Assembly (NCBI GenBank): GCA_951406725.2
Contig: OX597843.1
Coordinates: forward strand, 20,584,001 to 20,648,000
DNA from: Octopus vulgaris
Lineage: Eukaryota
Direction of reading: 5' to 3'
DNA length: 64,000 nucleotides
Under the pieces are notes generated by a model, which saw only the letters and a program-made list of their open reading frames with translations, made no database searches and had not been told where the DNA came from. Every line of letters begins with the position of its first letter. Position 1 is the stretch's first letter. The position numbers and the translations under genes are program-made. This document shows positions 1 to 13,793 of this stretch, in pieces.

Positions 1-235
1 ATTATAAAAATCTGCTTTATGCATTCCGGGAGTACTTTTCCAACCAGAATTTAATTGCTTTTATTCCAAAGCCATGGGGGATGCTGGTGTGAAGATTGAT
101 AACATCGAGGGAACACAATATTGCCTCTTCATTAATTGCTTTTTTTCTAATACAGCTTTTGATGTATTTCAGCAAGGGTTTCAGTAGGATGTCTAGAAAA
201 TTGCTTTGTCGGTGGGTTTCACAGGCCGGCCAACC

Positions 236-236
<1 letters not shown>
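1..236 (-). mobile_element. Penelope-like RT fragment (duplicate of 49720-49957)
   Basis: Near-identical to 49720-49957, which encodes PLE RT sequence (LDVINLYTN, AIQFWLEK). Confidence 0.8.
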
Positions 237-313
<77 letters not shown>

Positions 314-370
314 ATCCAAACAAGAAAGCACAAAAAACCACAACAAAGTGAAGACGTGGAACAAAAATAG

Positions 371-423
<53 letters not shown>

Positions 424-3383
424 TGCTTATTTGTATGTATTTGTGTATACATAATTATATTAAGTAACGAAATGATGTATTTGGTATTAAATTTTATTCT
501 GGACTACATTCGTTTCGAACCATCTTGCTATTGTCCTTTATTTGTGGGTCTCTGTTCAACGGGTTGTGCTGCATCGATCAGTCTGGATCCCATCAGGCAC
601 ATCGATAAAGTTGTGTGTGACTAAAGATTTCGAGTGTCATCTGACATGTAGTTATATTGCCATCTAGTTGGGGAACGAATAAAATACAAATAAGACTGCA
701 GACATGCAAAAGATTCAACTTTGAACGAGGAAGTCTTGTGTTCCTCTTTAGATAAAATGACCGAATGAGCTTTCGCTTTCATAACTGCTTAGAGGGAAAA
801 GAAAGTAGTAGAAGAGAAAGAAGAAAGAAAATAGGGAGGAGAGGAAAACGAATACTCAGTCAAAAATAAATGTAATTATTGGAGATCTTATTCCTTGATT
901 CTCTGCAGCGGAGATCTTATTCCTTGTCAGCCGTGCAAACCTCTGTTCATCATTATGAGCATGCTCTGGCTTTTTCGTAGTGCACAGTCTGTTCGTTTCT
1001 TGGTATGCTTCCCTTTCTGCAGCTGTCTCTCTTTCCCTGGACAGAGACATTCTTTTGGCTTTACCTTGACATTTTAGACAAATTTGACATCTTCCTTCTA
1101 GGCATGGTTATACAGAAATACACGAAACAATGAAAATAACTGGGTAACGAAAATTATATTTCTTAATACGACGAGCAGAACATTAACAAGATAGTTCTCC
1201 GGAGAATAAAGAATAGTACGTGTTGAAGCGAAATTTGTCACTTAGTGAACCAAAGTGCCAGTATCGAAGGAACCAGAAGAAAGCCATTAACAACAGATAA
1301 ACAAAAACCGGCGCAAAAGTAAATAAGACAATTTTAGGGAAATTAACAATGTGCGTGGGTTTAAGTGAAATGTTTGAAGTTACTCCTGTCAGTAAATTAT
1401 GAACTTACATTTATCAGTAATTCCTTCAACAACAACAAACACAAAACACAAAACGTTGCAAAAGTAAATAAGAAATTTACAGAAGTGTACGGATTGAAGT
1501 GGAATTTATGAAGTTACAGCCTCCGGGAAAATCAGCAGAGAAAAGAAAGATTCCAGCATCTCACCTCAACCTTTTCTTACCAACTGTCTTTAATGACTGC
1601 ATCGGCGATCCCTTTCTGCTCGTTGGTAAGGGTTGCAATGAGTGGGTGCTTCATGTCATCTTTCTGCTCAACCCGTTACATTCCAATTGGTACAAGCAAG
1701 CTAATATTAAACCAGCTAGTGCCATTTTCAATAAACACAGAATTTATGGAGTGTAGAGTCTGCATTCAGCCCTCGGTAAGCATAATCTTCCATCATAGAA
1801 TCCTTGTCAGTATTCCACAGGCGAAGAACATTGGAAAGATTTGAGTAGGTGCAGAGGACAGCAAACGTAATACGCAACTGAAATGGCATCCGATACGCAG
1901 CAGCTTCAAGTATAGTATGCTCCAAACTCTCATCATTTTGGAGGAGACCAACTCGTATGTACGCATCTTTAAATGTTGCATAGATTTCACCTCCTACAGT
2001 GCTCACTTCTCAAAGCGCTTAGCACCTGGAACATCCGAAATTGCAATCGTAAATGAATTTATTCTACGTCCTTAGGACTCACTGTGTTCATTCTGCAGCC
2101 GATGGTATTGTTTCTTCTCCTGAGTGTTCATGGGTTTTTTACGTTCATTAAACACATAACGTATAGGAATGTTAGGGTACAAGTACTTCCGTTAATCATG
2201 CTCATTCAGTTTGATATCATGTTTGAACCATGCAGTGAGAGTATTGTCACGATCTCTCTGTTCTTGAGCAGGTTGCAAAGTGCTACCTCAGTGAATCCTC
2301 AGTCTCCGCTGGTCTTCAAAGTGAACTGCTAATCTGTAGACAGTGTGGGACTAGTCATGCAGCTTCTACTTAGATATTCTCCATAAGGTTTCAGAAGGTG
2401 AAACATATCCACACGCAAAATAATTTCTGATTTAGCCTTGGGGTTGCTGAGTCTGTCCACCTTCTGCAACTGCATCATTCCTTACTTCAACTGAAGCGCT
2501 ATCACGACCGTTGTAGACATTCTTGCATATATACTTGACATTTTCACAGAGGAGCAAACTTCTACATTAATATGAGCTCGGAATTTCTTTAATAGATAAG
2601 CATAGTATGGAACGACATACCAGTTGTCAAAAGAATGGCATCCAACTTGTGATGTGATCCCTTTATTGTGCCTCCTGTACTCTGGATATCCATTAATATT
2701 TAGTAGTGTCTCATTTCTGTAGTTCTTGGGAAACTTTGTTTGGCAAGAGCCATTCCCCACGTATTGCGAGGAGGGGTTATCAACACCAAAAGGTCTAAGT
2801 ATCATGATTTTTTTTAACTAAATCATTTCAATCAGAACTTTCTGTTGGTACCATTCTGTCTATATCATCTCTGATCTTCACTTTGTCTACGAGCATATGG
2901 CAGTGTGGAAGTCCTCTCTTTTGAAAGTCGATGACTCGGACATGAGTTACTCTTACACCAAATACATGTCTGTCCACCATATCCTTCAGAAATTCAATGA
3001 TGTATCGGTTTTCAAAAGTCTTATTTCGCTGCAGATTATTTTCTCTCTCATGGCAATTAGGGTTTTCAGGGTGCAGTTATTTCATTGCAAGGGGAAAAAT
3101 TGTAGCGCCTTATATATCCCGTTCTTTTGAAATGTATTTCACACTTTCGTAATTGTAAATTTTCACTCCTGGCACTTCCAATCTCTTGTTGTTCAATTAT
3201 GTGCATGTTCCCATATAACTCAGCATAAGGATTTACTTGTTGCACATGACCCCCATTCTTTGAGAAGAGCTTTGGGAGTTCTGACTTGCTTCCACTCTGT
3301 GATGCAATAATAATATACAACTGACTGTACTGCAGGCGACCATTGACAGTTCGTAGTGTTGTGCTAAGTTTGGCCCTGAATAC

Positions 3384-3608
3384 GTTCTATATCCTGGTAT
3401 TGGATATATAATTTAACGAAGCTGTTTACACGACGCAATACGATTACTATTACATGAGACGCGACGCTCTCTGCCAACGGATCATAGGGAAATGCTTACC
3501 AATCAATTGTTCACAATAAATTGCTTACGACTAGACAGTTCTCCATGTAATGGAAATGTGTCAGACCACTTTTAGTCACTTGGAAGGTTGTCAGAATCTT
3601 TCCACAGC
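3384..3608 (-). repeat. Gypsy 3' LTR
   Basis: Homologous to 7490-7700 and adjacent to the PPT. Confidence 0.8.
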
Positions 3609-5497
3609 ATCTCCCCTTTATAGAATTAGTCTCCCCTAAATTCTCCACTTGAGAATTAAAATCGCTCAGAATTTTAATATCTCTTATGCTTAGGGCTCAA
3701 TTCTTGTGTTTCCATTCGTTTCGTTTTCTGGTGCTAGAATGTGTAATTACAAATTGTTTCTGTGTTGGTACCTCAAACGTGTCGTGCAATTTTTTCGTGA
3801 GAAATTCACTTCTTTTGTCTGATTTTTCCTTGAATCAGGTTTTAAGTTGGTTAATAAGCCTTTTATGTTCGATATTTGTTTTTACCTTTTACCAGAAATA
3901 TCATTCTTGCAATTTATATAACAATTGTACCATCCTCCCAGCCTTGTTTACTATATCTATAGGTCTTCAAACACTTTGTCACCTAACTTGAAGAATTTTG
4001 AAGTATTGTTTCTTTTTTTATATATTTTCACTCGGTATCGGCTGATCAAAGATGGATCTGATTATTCTAACAAAACATCAAATATATTTGTAACCAGAGA
4101 TGTCTGCTTTCTACATTTATGCACTTCAGACCACGTTGAAAAACAGTCCCCCACAACGAAGTGATATGAAACCTTAAGTGATTTTGGCCACGGGTGCCAT
4201 TTTGTGACGGGTGTATTTGGAGCTAGAGAACAGCGTATTGCATACTATCACTATATCTTCAATGTTACAGTCCGTTGTTGGCCAGTATACCTAAATTCTC
4301 ATTAACGATTTCATTATCGAAATCCCTTTGACTCAATATGAAATTCCTTTAGTAATTGCTTTTGTAGTGTGGCTGGCACTACGACTCTTTGTGCATACAT
4401 CAGCACATTGTCACACCTCGTGATAGGCTCGAATATCTTTTATCTCTTTAACACTTCTGCATTTCTTTCATTTTGTAATGAATATATCGTTTCCCAATTG
4501 TAATTTTATGTCTTGTAACGTAAATAGCAGTTCACGTATGAAGTTATACAGTTTGCTTTTAATTTCATTTTCCGCTCGCAAAGTAGCAATCACGGTATCT
4601 TCAAATGCTTCGTCATTTTCTGAAATCTGTCTTGATAAACAATTAGCGTGTCCTAATTTTTTAGATGGTATATACTCTATCTTAAATTCATAGCTTAATA
4701 ATACAGTACCCCAGCGTTGCAGCCTATTAGCAGTACGGCTAGATCTTTACTTCTTTTACTCTTGTACTGATAATAACGGACGATGATCTGTCTGTATTCA
4801 AAAACTTCTGCCGTGTAAAAATCTATGTAATTTTTTATGGCAAAAATAATTACAAGAGACTCTTTTTGATTTGGGTGGAATATTTTCTGCTGATATCATG
4901 AACCATTGCCTTCATGTTACCATCTTTTTATTCATGTAGCATTACTGCGCCGATTCAGTATTCAGAGGCATCTGAAGTTACAACATTGCCCGCTACAGAA
5001 TCGAAGCGTGCTAACAACAAATCAGATGTTAATATTTTAAAATTTCGTCGAATTCCCTTTGACAATTTTCAGGGCAATTTCAATTGACATTTTTTAAATA
5101 CATAATCTACTGTAACACTTACCCTATGCATATTTAGAATATTATTTTGATCATAATTTGCCTGTCTCCAAAGCAATCATGTAAGGTCGTCATCTTTGTC
5201 GGAGGGGGCATGTATTTAATTGCGTCTGCCTTCAACGGATCTGGTCCTCCTCCATTTCTTTCAATTGTTTGTCCAATTTTTATTTTCGGTCAGAAAGAAA
5301 TCACGCTTTCTTTTTCAATGTAATCCCTAATTTTTTCGAACATATGTATTATATGCCCTACATGTTGATCCCGTGATCCGCTTTTAATGAGTATATCATC
5401 CAGATATGGAAATGCAAATTCACTATCCGCTAACACTGCATCTATAAGCTGTTGAAAAATTGCCGGTGTGACATTAAAGACATATAGTAACCTGTTG

Positions 5498-5530
<33 letters not shown>

Positions 5531-7489
5531 GTGCGTTAATTTTTAGGTATTTATAGCATTCATCGTCTACTCTAATATGTAGGTACGCGTCAGAGAGATC
5601 CAATTAAGAAAATACCTTGCCACCGTCTAATTTTGCAAATATATCCCCCAGGGTAGGTAGCCGATAATGGAACGTTTTAAGACACTCATTTAAACCAGTG
5701 GAAAAAAATCAGCATACACTCTGATTTTGTTTATTTGTTTCTAACGCTGCAAAAGTTTATCTGTTCCAACGAGGCAAAAGTTACAGTTTGTTTATATTTA
5801 AATACCGGTTTGGCATTTACTTTTACTTGGAACTTCGTTTTCGTTGTGATGCTGAGATCTAATTTATCAGATAGAACTTCAGAAAAATCTTTTAAAATTA
5901 TTTCTACAAATAGTCGACGATTCATTTGTATTGGCAAGAAAACCATTCACATTTTTACTGAAAAGATTTATGGGGAGTTCCGATAAGTTAAGCAATTCTA
6001 TTCAGTGTTCCGAATAACTTAGTGAGGTTTTCCTACAAAATGGAACGTGATTTATCATTACACCATTAAAATGTAATTATTTTCCTGAAACACCACCTAC
6101 AATATTCGAAATGTCTTTTAATCTAGGATTTCTGTTTTTTTCTATGTATCTGTGTTAATTATACAGGTATCACTGCCCTTATCTAGTTGCAACTTTACGT
6201 ACACAAATTTCCTTTGAGGCTGTTCGTTTTTTGGTCACCGATAACCTGTTTTCGTGTTTTCTTCTTTTGAACTGTTTTCCAGGTTTGTTCTACAGTGTGA
6301 TTTTTTTATGATCTCTCTTGCCACATTTGACGCCTTTTATATTTTTAAACGAACAGTAACTTTTAAAATGTTGACCACCGCACCCACAACATGGATTCGA
6401 TCTTGACATTTTTTCTCTTATTTCTTATCCGTTACGGTGGAGACACTGGAATATGAGAGCAATCTTTTTGTTCAATTTCGTTTTGGGCGTCGCTTTCTTC
6501 ATTTTTTCTGCGTCGTATTTCCTGACATTCTTCTACTTCTGTTTGTAGAGTTACTTTTTGTCCAGTTCTAATTTTGTTGACATCCGTGAACATATATCTC
6601 CATCTTTGCTTGCAGTTAGGCCTTAAACAAAAAATATGCATTTGAACATCATCTTAATTCATATAATTTGAATTCTTTACACTTTCCGTTAACATCCTCG
6701 GCACAGGTAACGAAATCTTCATGTTTTTGGACAAAATGTAAAAACTGTCCTCACGTATTTAGCAGAGAACCTCTTTCACTGAAACGTTTTGACAAAATTT
6801 CGTTTTTGGATTTTAACCGGGCAGTTACTTTTAAAATGTAGACCACAACATGGACTCCTTCTTGACATTTTTTGTCTGACTTCTTATCCGTTACGGTGGA
6901 GACACTGGAATATGAGAGCAATCTTTTCTTTCATTTTTTTCTGCGTCGTCTTTCCTGGCATTCTTCTACTTCTGTCTGTAGAGTTAATTTTGGTCCAGTT
7001 CTAAATCATTTGATAAAATGTTAATAGTTTTTATTGAAACAAATCTCACCTGACTTCATGGGCAGAATATAATTACTATATATTTTTTTTTTTTTGGCAT
7101 GGGATACCTGTCTTACAAAGTAGTCGTACTATTTTCCCCCTCAGATCAATTTATAAATTCTTCTTTAAAGATTTATTCGTATCTTAGAAAATATGCAGAG
7201 AAGGTAATCCCATCTTCTGGATTATAACTGAATTCTTCAATAGAGTTTGCTACGATTTCTGGCAAGTTCGCACCTGAAGTATTTTTAGACTTCTTTAACA
7301 TTGATTCCAGCAACTATTGGTTTTGTTGTTGTTGCTGTTGTACTCGGTCTGGTTGTTGTTACTATTGTTGCTGTTGCAACTGCACCACAGACGCCATTAA
7401 GCCTTCTATCGTAAACGATTTTGTTTTGTTTATACCCATCCCAAACAAATCTAAACGTCCAACGCAAACTTCGAAGAACTCTTCGCCAC

Positions 7490-7700
7490 TTTTATACCCT
7501 GGTTTGGAACGGATGATTTAAGGAATCAGGGGGAAAGAAAGTGTTTACACGACGCGAATCGATTACCCAACGCTCTCTGTCAATGGCTCACGGTGAACTA
7601 TTTACCAATTAATTGCTGAAGACTCGACAGTTGTCTATTTAATAGGAATGTGTCAGTTCCCTTTAAGTCAATTGGAAGGTGGTCGGAATCCTTCCACAAC
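7490..7700 (-). repeat. Gypsy 5' LTR
   Basis: Homologous to 3384-3608 and adjacent to the PBS. Confidence 0.8.
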
Positions 7701-8716
7701 AATACAGAAACAATGTAGACCTCTTCCTTGCGGTACAGAGAGTTTCACACCAAATGACGTAAAGGAAGATATGCAGTTGTAATTGCTGATGTTTTTTTTT
7801 CCAAATGAAGCAGACTCTTGGTAATTTTCTCAGACAAACGCTTCAATGTCTGAGGGTTTAGTTGCAGTGGAGGAAATTCACTTTATTATCGTGATTGAAC
7901 ATGAAGTTTTCATATTTAAAGTTCAGTGCACCACAATACTCGCAATATAAGTACATATCACCAATACGATAGGTTCGTTTAGGATTATTGTGTCTCTGTT
8001 CAGTGGTAGTCCATGTCTTCCTTCACGCTTTCGTTGCACCAGTTCATCTCTCAAACGTAACGCCTGTTCAGCATTCATATTTGCAACACCATTTTGATGT
8101 CTCTCTGTTTGATCTTGAAGACAAGCAGCCCTTTCCAAATCATCCATATTTTCCCTTCTCTGTTACATTACACTTTTCTGTTGGTCCTGGTACTGCGCAC
8201 ACTGCATATCATTCATGATTTCCATTCTCCGCTGAAATATCAATCTTTGTTGTTCCTTGTACTGTGTTTGTTCTTCCTCATCCTGTCTTCTACCTTGGTC
8301 TCGCATTCTCTCTCACTACAATTGTGCCTTGCGTTGTTCTTCATCTATTGCAGATCGTCAAACCTGTTGGTACCATTTGTCCCTTTCTCTGATTTCTTAC
8401 CGCTGTTCTTCTCTTATACGCTGCCTGTAGTGCCTCACCCTCTCCCGAGTAGCTTCTAATCTTCTTTATCTATACACTGTTCAGTCAAGTTTTGTAATTT
8501 GCTTCTCTCATAAGCACAGCTTTGGATTAACGATCAAATAACCGTAAACTGCGAATTTCTATTTCGCCGTAGCAGAAGCACAACCAACGTCAGAATGTAT
8601 GAGAAGCAGTAACATCAACCGGGATCTTGTTGAGATGGAATTTACTGTGTATCCACCATTATTTTAATTGAAATATATATATATTTTAATTATAGTGTAT
8701 ATATTTCTTAATTGTA

Positions 8717-8790
<74 letters not shown>

Positions 8791-9559
8791 ACCTTACATA
8801 TGACATTGTAAATAAGTGTGAATATTTAACAGAACTGCAGTTATGAGCATACGTTAAGTGATAGGGGATATAAAATACTTAGTTCAATTGAAAAGTTACT
8901 TTGCATTATGCATCACCATTACCACTTCCACCACAACCACTACCACCGTCTCTCACTCCCCTTTCTCTCATTTTCTCAGTTGATCTATCTATCTTTTTAT
9001 CTACGTATCTGCCTTCCTTTAATCTCACCATCAGAACATCACCGCTCTGCTAAAATTATATTCGTAACCTTCCTCAATATCACTACCTTCAACTAACTTT
9101 TTCATCACGTAATAAATATTACGTTCCCCCTACCACATGTCCTCTCCCACTTTTTCTCCCTCGCTCTTTTTTCTCTCCCCTTTTCTCCCTCTCCCTCTCT
9201 TTCTGCTCCACTCTTTGACTTACTTTCGTTTTCTCATTCATTTTTCTTTCTCTTGGTCTCTCTTTCCATTCAACTAATCACGTGAAAACATTACATTCAC
9301 GTTCCTTCTACCTCAGGTCATGGACATTTCTCTTTCGCTCTTTTTCGTTCTCCCTCTTTTTCTCTAATCACGAGAAAGCGTTACCGACGGACTAATTAAC
9401 ATAATGACAAGCAGAATTATTATAAGATCAGAAATATTATATTCAAGTTTTCTTCATGACAGACTCCTTCGTTTCCTCCTTATTTTTTACATCATTCTTT
9501 TCTTCAGCTCCGACATTTTCTGCCATTTCTCTTATTGTTGTTTTAATGTTGATGCTGTT

Positions 9560-9636
9560 GTTGTTGCTTATCATCATCATCAGCATCATCATCATCATCA
9601 TATTCTTCTTCTTCTTCTTCTTCTTCTACTAATACA

Positions 9637-9677
<41 letters not shown>

Positions 9678-9710
9678 CACTACTACTGCTGCTGCTGCTG
9701 CTGCTTCATC
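9560..9710. repeat. Compound trinucleotide microsatellite (CAT/CTT/CTA/CTG)
   Basis: Directly visible. Confidence 0.95.
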
Positions 9711-10051
9711 GTTGTTTCCTTTTTCGGCCTATTCTTCATCATCAACTTTCTCTTATGTTAGTCATCTTCTTCATAATAAGATCACGATATGTCATCCAAT
9801 GTATTTTCCACAAACTAAATGTCTCTCTTATCTTCTTTATTTACCCTCATTCTTATACAATTCATATTGTCTTGCAATTTATGTTTGCCTGTGTGTAATA
9901 AAGTGGGAATATATTTGTTGCCTGGAAGTGAGTGTGTGCGTTTATACATCAGGGTTTGATAATGTATATATAGGTGGATGTGTGTATGTACACAGACACA
10001 CACACACACATAAACACACACACACACACACACGCACACATACACACACAG

Positions 10052-10095
<44 letters not shown>

Positions 10096-10096
10096 T

Positions 10097-10568
10097 TGTA
10101 TTTAGGAATGGTCATATTGCCAGTTTTGCCAATAAAAACTCACGCACTATATATTTGGTGTTACTTTGATTCATCTTTATTTATTTTTGACGTTAATCTT
10201 AATCTTCTTTCGAACGTATATAAACAGGAGATACAAATATTACAGGCACTCCCTCCCATAGACACACACACTTTAACTAAATATAGACACATAGTGAGGT
10301 ATACTCAGGCGCAAATTAAGACATATCCGATAGAAATACAAAATACAAAATGGCTGACCGTTAGTAAGAATAGACACACAAATATGAATGAAGAAAGCAA
10401 TGAACCACTGATGAGGTCACAGGAGCGTGACGAAAGAACTCTGGCCGAAATAAGAGTAAGATTAATGTAAAAAATAAATAACGCTGAAGCAAAGTAACAC
10501 CAAATATATAGTGCGTGTGTTTTTTATTGGCTAAACTGGCAATATGACCATTCCGAAATAATACAACA
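10097..10568 (+). mobile_element. ~470-bp non-coding element with ~110-bp terminal inverted repeats and an internal hammerhead
   Basis: 10097-10205 is the imperfect reverse complement of 10460-10568. Paralog at 55734-56204. Confidence 0.75.
10405..10444 (+). ncRNA. Minimal type I hammerhead ribozyme
   Basis: CCA-CTGATGA-G-GTCAC-aggagc-GTGAC-GAAA-G-aa-C-TC-TGG. Confidence 0.7.
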
Positions 10569-10626
10569 AATATCTGTTTCAACACACGATTTCACATCAA
10601 AATTCTTGCAAAACAAATACATAAAC

Positions 10627-10684
<58 letters not shown>

Positions 10685-10916
10685 GTTTGTGTTTGTTTGA
10701 TGTGTGAGTACAGTATTTGTATAAATATTCTTTTATTCCCACTTGTTTCCCCATTCTGATATTCCACGTTATGTTTCTTGTCTTAATATATCTTCTTTTC
10801 CTGCATTTATCGTCTTCTTCACAACTTTTTCTCTACATTCATCTTGTTCATCATATTCTGGTTCTTCTGCTTTTAAAGTTTTTCAACTGCTTTCTCCTTT
10901 TCATGAATCATATTTG

Positions 10917-11174
10917 CTTCTTCTTCTTCTTCTTCTTCTTCTTCTTCTTCTTCTTCTTCTTCTTCTTCTTCTTCTTCTTCTTCTTCTTCTTCTTCTTCTT
11001 CTTCTTCTTCTTCTTCTTCTCCGTCTTCTTCTTCTATTTTTCTATATCTATAATTCTATGATTTATTTTCCTTCACATTCTTCGGTATTCTTATCAATTT
11101 CTAATATTTCATCACATCTTTCATCATCATTATGGTCATCATCTTCATCATCGTCATCATCATCATCATCGTCG

Positions 11175-11210
<36 letters not shown>

Positions 11211-11220
11211 GTATCATCTT
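10917..11220. repeat. (CTT)n and (ATC)n microsatellites
   Basis: Directly visible. Confidence 0.95.
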
Positions 11221-12434
11221 CAGCGCTATCATATTCATACTCCTTCTGCTAATCATATTTTCGTATTCACTAATCGTTATAATTTATCATGTCATCATAA
11301 CTATTTCCTTCCCTCATTTACTCTGCTATTTCTAGCATGCAGAATCACCATCACCTTCGTTATGTACCTCATAATAATCAACGTCGTCATCACCAATTAA
11401 TCGGTAGCGTTTGTCATCCTTTTCGATAATAATCATCATCATTATCCCCCTTTTCCTTCTCACCGTCATTATTACAACATTTACGATCAACATTGCAATC
11501 CTCCTTCTCATCATCATCATCATCAACATCATTTCGGCGATTCTCACCTTCACCGTCCTCTTTTTATTAATATCATTCTAAAGATACAAGATTTAATATT
11601 TTATAAGAAATCTTTTTAATACTTTTCTTTTGAACTGTGTTTTATTTTTCAGATATCTCCATAAGAATAAGATCACAACCATCTCACAAGGAGCCTTTCA
11701 CAACGTTCCAAGGTTAGGGAAAATGTAAGTTGCTAAAGTTTTTTGATATTATTTTATTTACAAAATTTTTCTAGGAACTTGATGTCTTCTCATCTTCCTT
11801 TTTCTCTCTCTATCTCTAACTAATGTTCTGCTACTATTTTCATGTAAGACTGTGTATGAAGGTGTCTATGAAATGTTTGTGTCTCTATGTGTCTCCATAA
11901 ATGTCTAACATTTTGTGTATGAGTGTACGATTGCACGTGAATATCTGTTTGTATTTGTGTCTATAGGTGGGTATATTATGAAATATATATTTATGCAGAG
12001 TTATACTCACTTCAAGAGAAGAAAGTATAGAAATATATTCATCCTCACTCGTTTGAGATACTGGTTCAATAATATGAGTTATTTTAAACTCTACAATTAC
12101 ATGACGTGCTGAGGTTGGTAGTCGTCATTTTTTATTTGTACAGTGAGCTACAGCTGGGGAAATTTGGTCAAACTCTCCAGTGTGATGGATGCATATGCCG
12201 TTTCAATTTCTTTAGGAAGGATGTTAATGTAGCTAGTCGTCCACAACATAAAAGAACGTTTGGCATGTCCCACGTATGTTTGTGTCTGTTTGTATGTCTG
12301 ATAATTTTACTTATGTTGATATATTTTTATTATCATTCCTATCCTCATTCCCAAATTTTCTTGTTATTGTTTTGTTTGTCTATCTTGTCTGTTTTCTTGC
12401 TACTTATATTACTTTTTATTCATCATGATATTGG

Positions 12435-12725
12435 TTCACTTAGATAGCAAGATGTCAAGTTGTATCTTGAAACATCTACACCCACTCCTCAGATGTGTTG
12501 GCAGGGCGTTAACTATCTGTGAGCACTTGAACTCCAAACTATTGCAGTACATTCTCCTAATATTAAATGAGAGAGCCGGGATTTTAGGAACAGTGCAGTG
12601 ACGTCCAATTCGACGCCTGGTATAATTCTGAATTCCAAAGTTTGATACCAGCTTCCCTAGTAACTTCCACACATATCACTACATACCTCTCCGGTTTTCG
12701 CTCCATGGACTAGAGTCCTAGCTCA
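12435..12725 (-). mobile_element. CR1/L2-like LINE ORF2 3' fragment
   Basis: Reads VWKLLGKLVSNFGI...GRHCTVP...YCNSL...NALP...FKIQLD, a typical C-terminus. Confidence 0.65.
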
Positions 12726-12797
<72 letters not shown>

Positions 12798-12834
12798 TAT
12801 ATATATAATTATATAATATACATATGTGTGCGAG

Positions 12835-13060
12835 TTTATGTGTGTGACTTAGTCTCTATGTTTGTACTCACTACTTCTTCACAACCTATGTTAGTGCTTT
12901 TTATTATTCCTCGTCAGTCAGCGATTTCGCATAAGCGGCCGACAGGGTAGTTACCAGGGTTTAAAAGAATAGTTAGTGGTCTCGATTCCTTCGAGTTACA
13001 TACTTCAAGGTGATTCTCCTGCTGCAAAGCAGTAGACTTACTGAGACAAGTAAAAGAGGA
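12835..13060 (+). mobile_element. Decayed SINE 3' half
   Basis: Similar to 25960-26100 and 40900-41065; ends GAGACAAGTAAAAGA. Confidence 0.6.
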
Positions 13061-13108
13061 AAGGGAGGCACACACACACATACATACATACATACATACA
13101 TACATACA

Positions 13109-13142
<34 letters not shown>

Positions 13143-13192
13143 CATACATACATACATATATACATACATACATAGATACATACATACATACA

Positions 13193-13226
<34 letters not shown>

Positions 13227-13434
13227 CAAAGCTGATGAGGAATAAGCGAATGGTTTCAACGACATTCTTTATTCCATATCCCTGCAATTGTGTCTATACA
13301 TCACTCCCGTAGTTCATTGATAAGATGATATGGTTAATATCTTGTTTGGTCACTGCCATTCATCAAAAGTGGAACATATGTCTGTGAAATGATAGTATGA
13401 TCTAACGTAGAACTTATTGAAATACTCAAATAAA

Positions 13435-13793
13435 AGCATATTTTACACCTACGATAGATGGTAAGGATTGGGCTGAGACCCCTTCGTCGGTCATGACTGA
13501 CCGTGGAATTGCACCTAGAAAGTTACCCTCCCAGGCACAAGTCAGGGCAAGTTTGTTTATGGAAGACCAGCAGTCGCCCATGAATACCGGCCTCCCCTCT
13601 CTATCTAAGGGAAAGGCAAAGGGCTCATACAACTTGGAACCTGTGACGTCGCAACTCATTTCTATAGCTGAGTGAACTGGAGCAACGCGAAATAAAGTGT
13701 CTTGCTCAAGAACACAACACCCAGCCTGGTCCGGGATTCAAACACACAATTTCACCATTGTAACCTCCACGTTCTAACCACAGATCTATGCGC
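13435..13793 (-). mobile_element. tRNA-derived SINE
   Basis: Reverse-complement head with GTGGTTAG and a TTTGAATCCC B-box, plus a core-like segment GAGTGAACTGGAGCAAC...GTGTCTTGCTCAAG on the + strand. Confidence 0.7.

Larger units (their letters stand above)
3384..7700 (-). mobile_element. Degenerate Ty3/Gypsy LTR retrotransposon (K02A2.6-like gag-pol)
   Basis: Two similar LTRs, flanking AATAC repeats (3379-3383, 7701-7705), PBS-like TGGCGAAGAG near 7480, polypurine tract AAAGGGGAGA near 3610. CCHC remnant ~6320-6400, protease LDKGSD ~6165-6200, RT YLDDILI ~5390-5410, RNase H and integrase remnants 4200-5000. Confidence 0.9.
1550..9427 (-). mobile_element. Degenerate Helitron (5' end, N-terminal region, Rep), interrupted by Gypsy and truncated before the helicase
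   Basis: Putative 5' A|TCTTATAAT at 9427. N-terminal GDMYLYCEYCGALNF-type motif near 7900-7970. HUH motif DFQKRGLPHCH at 2891-2938. VVPYYAYLLKKFRAHINVEVC and a decayed Tyr motif KYICKNVY near 2500-2620. Many stops and frameshifts. Confidence 0.9.
1..11945 (+). repeat. Segmental duplication block A1 (paralog 49720-57795)
   Basis: 1-1375 matches 49720-51110 and 4990-11945 matches 51125-57795, co-linear with scattered substitutions. Confidence 0.9.

Noticed and set aside
9404-11553. Long poly-L/F/S/H ORFs
   Set aside because: Produced by stop-free trinucleotide microsatellites; frames are not preserved in the paralog.
13228-13300. CTGATGA followed by a strong stem
   Set aside because: No GAAA after the stem (GCAA at best); counted only as a weak remnant.
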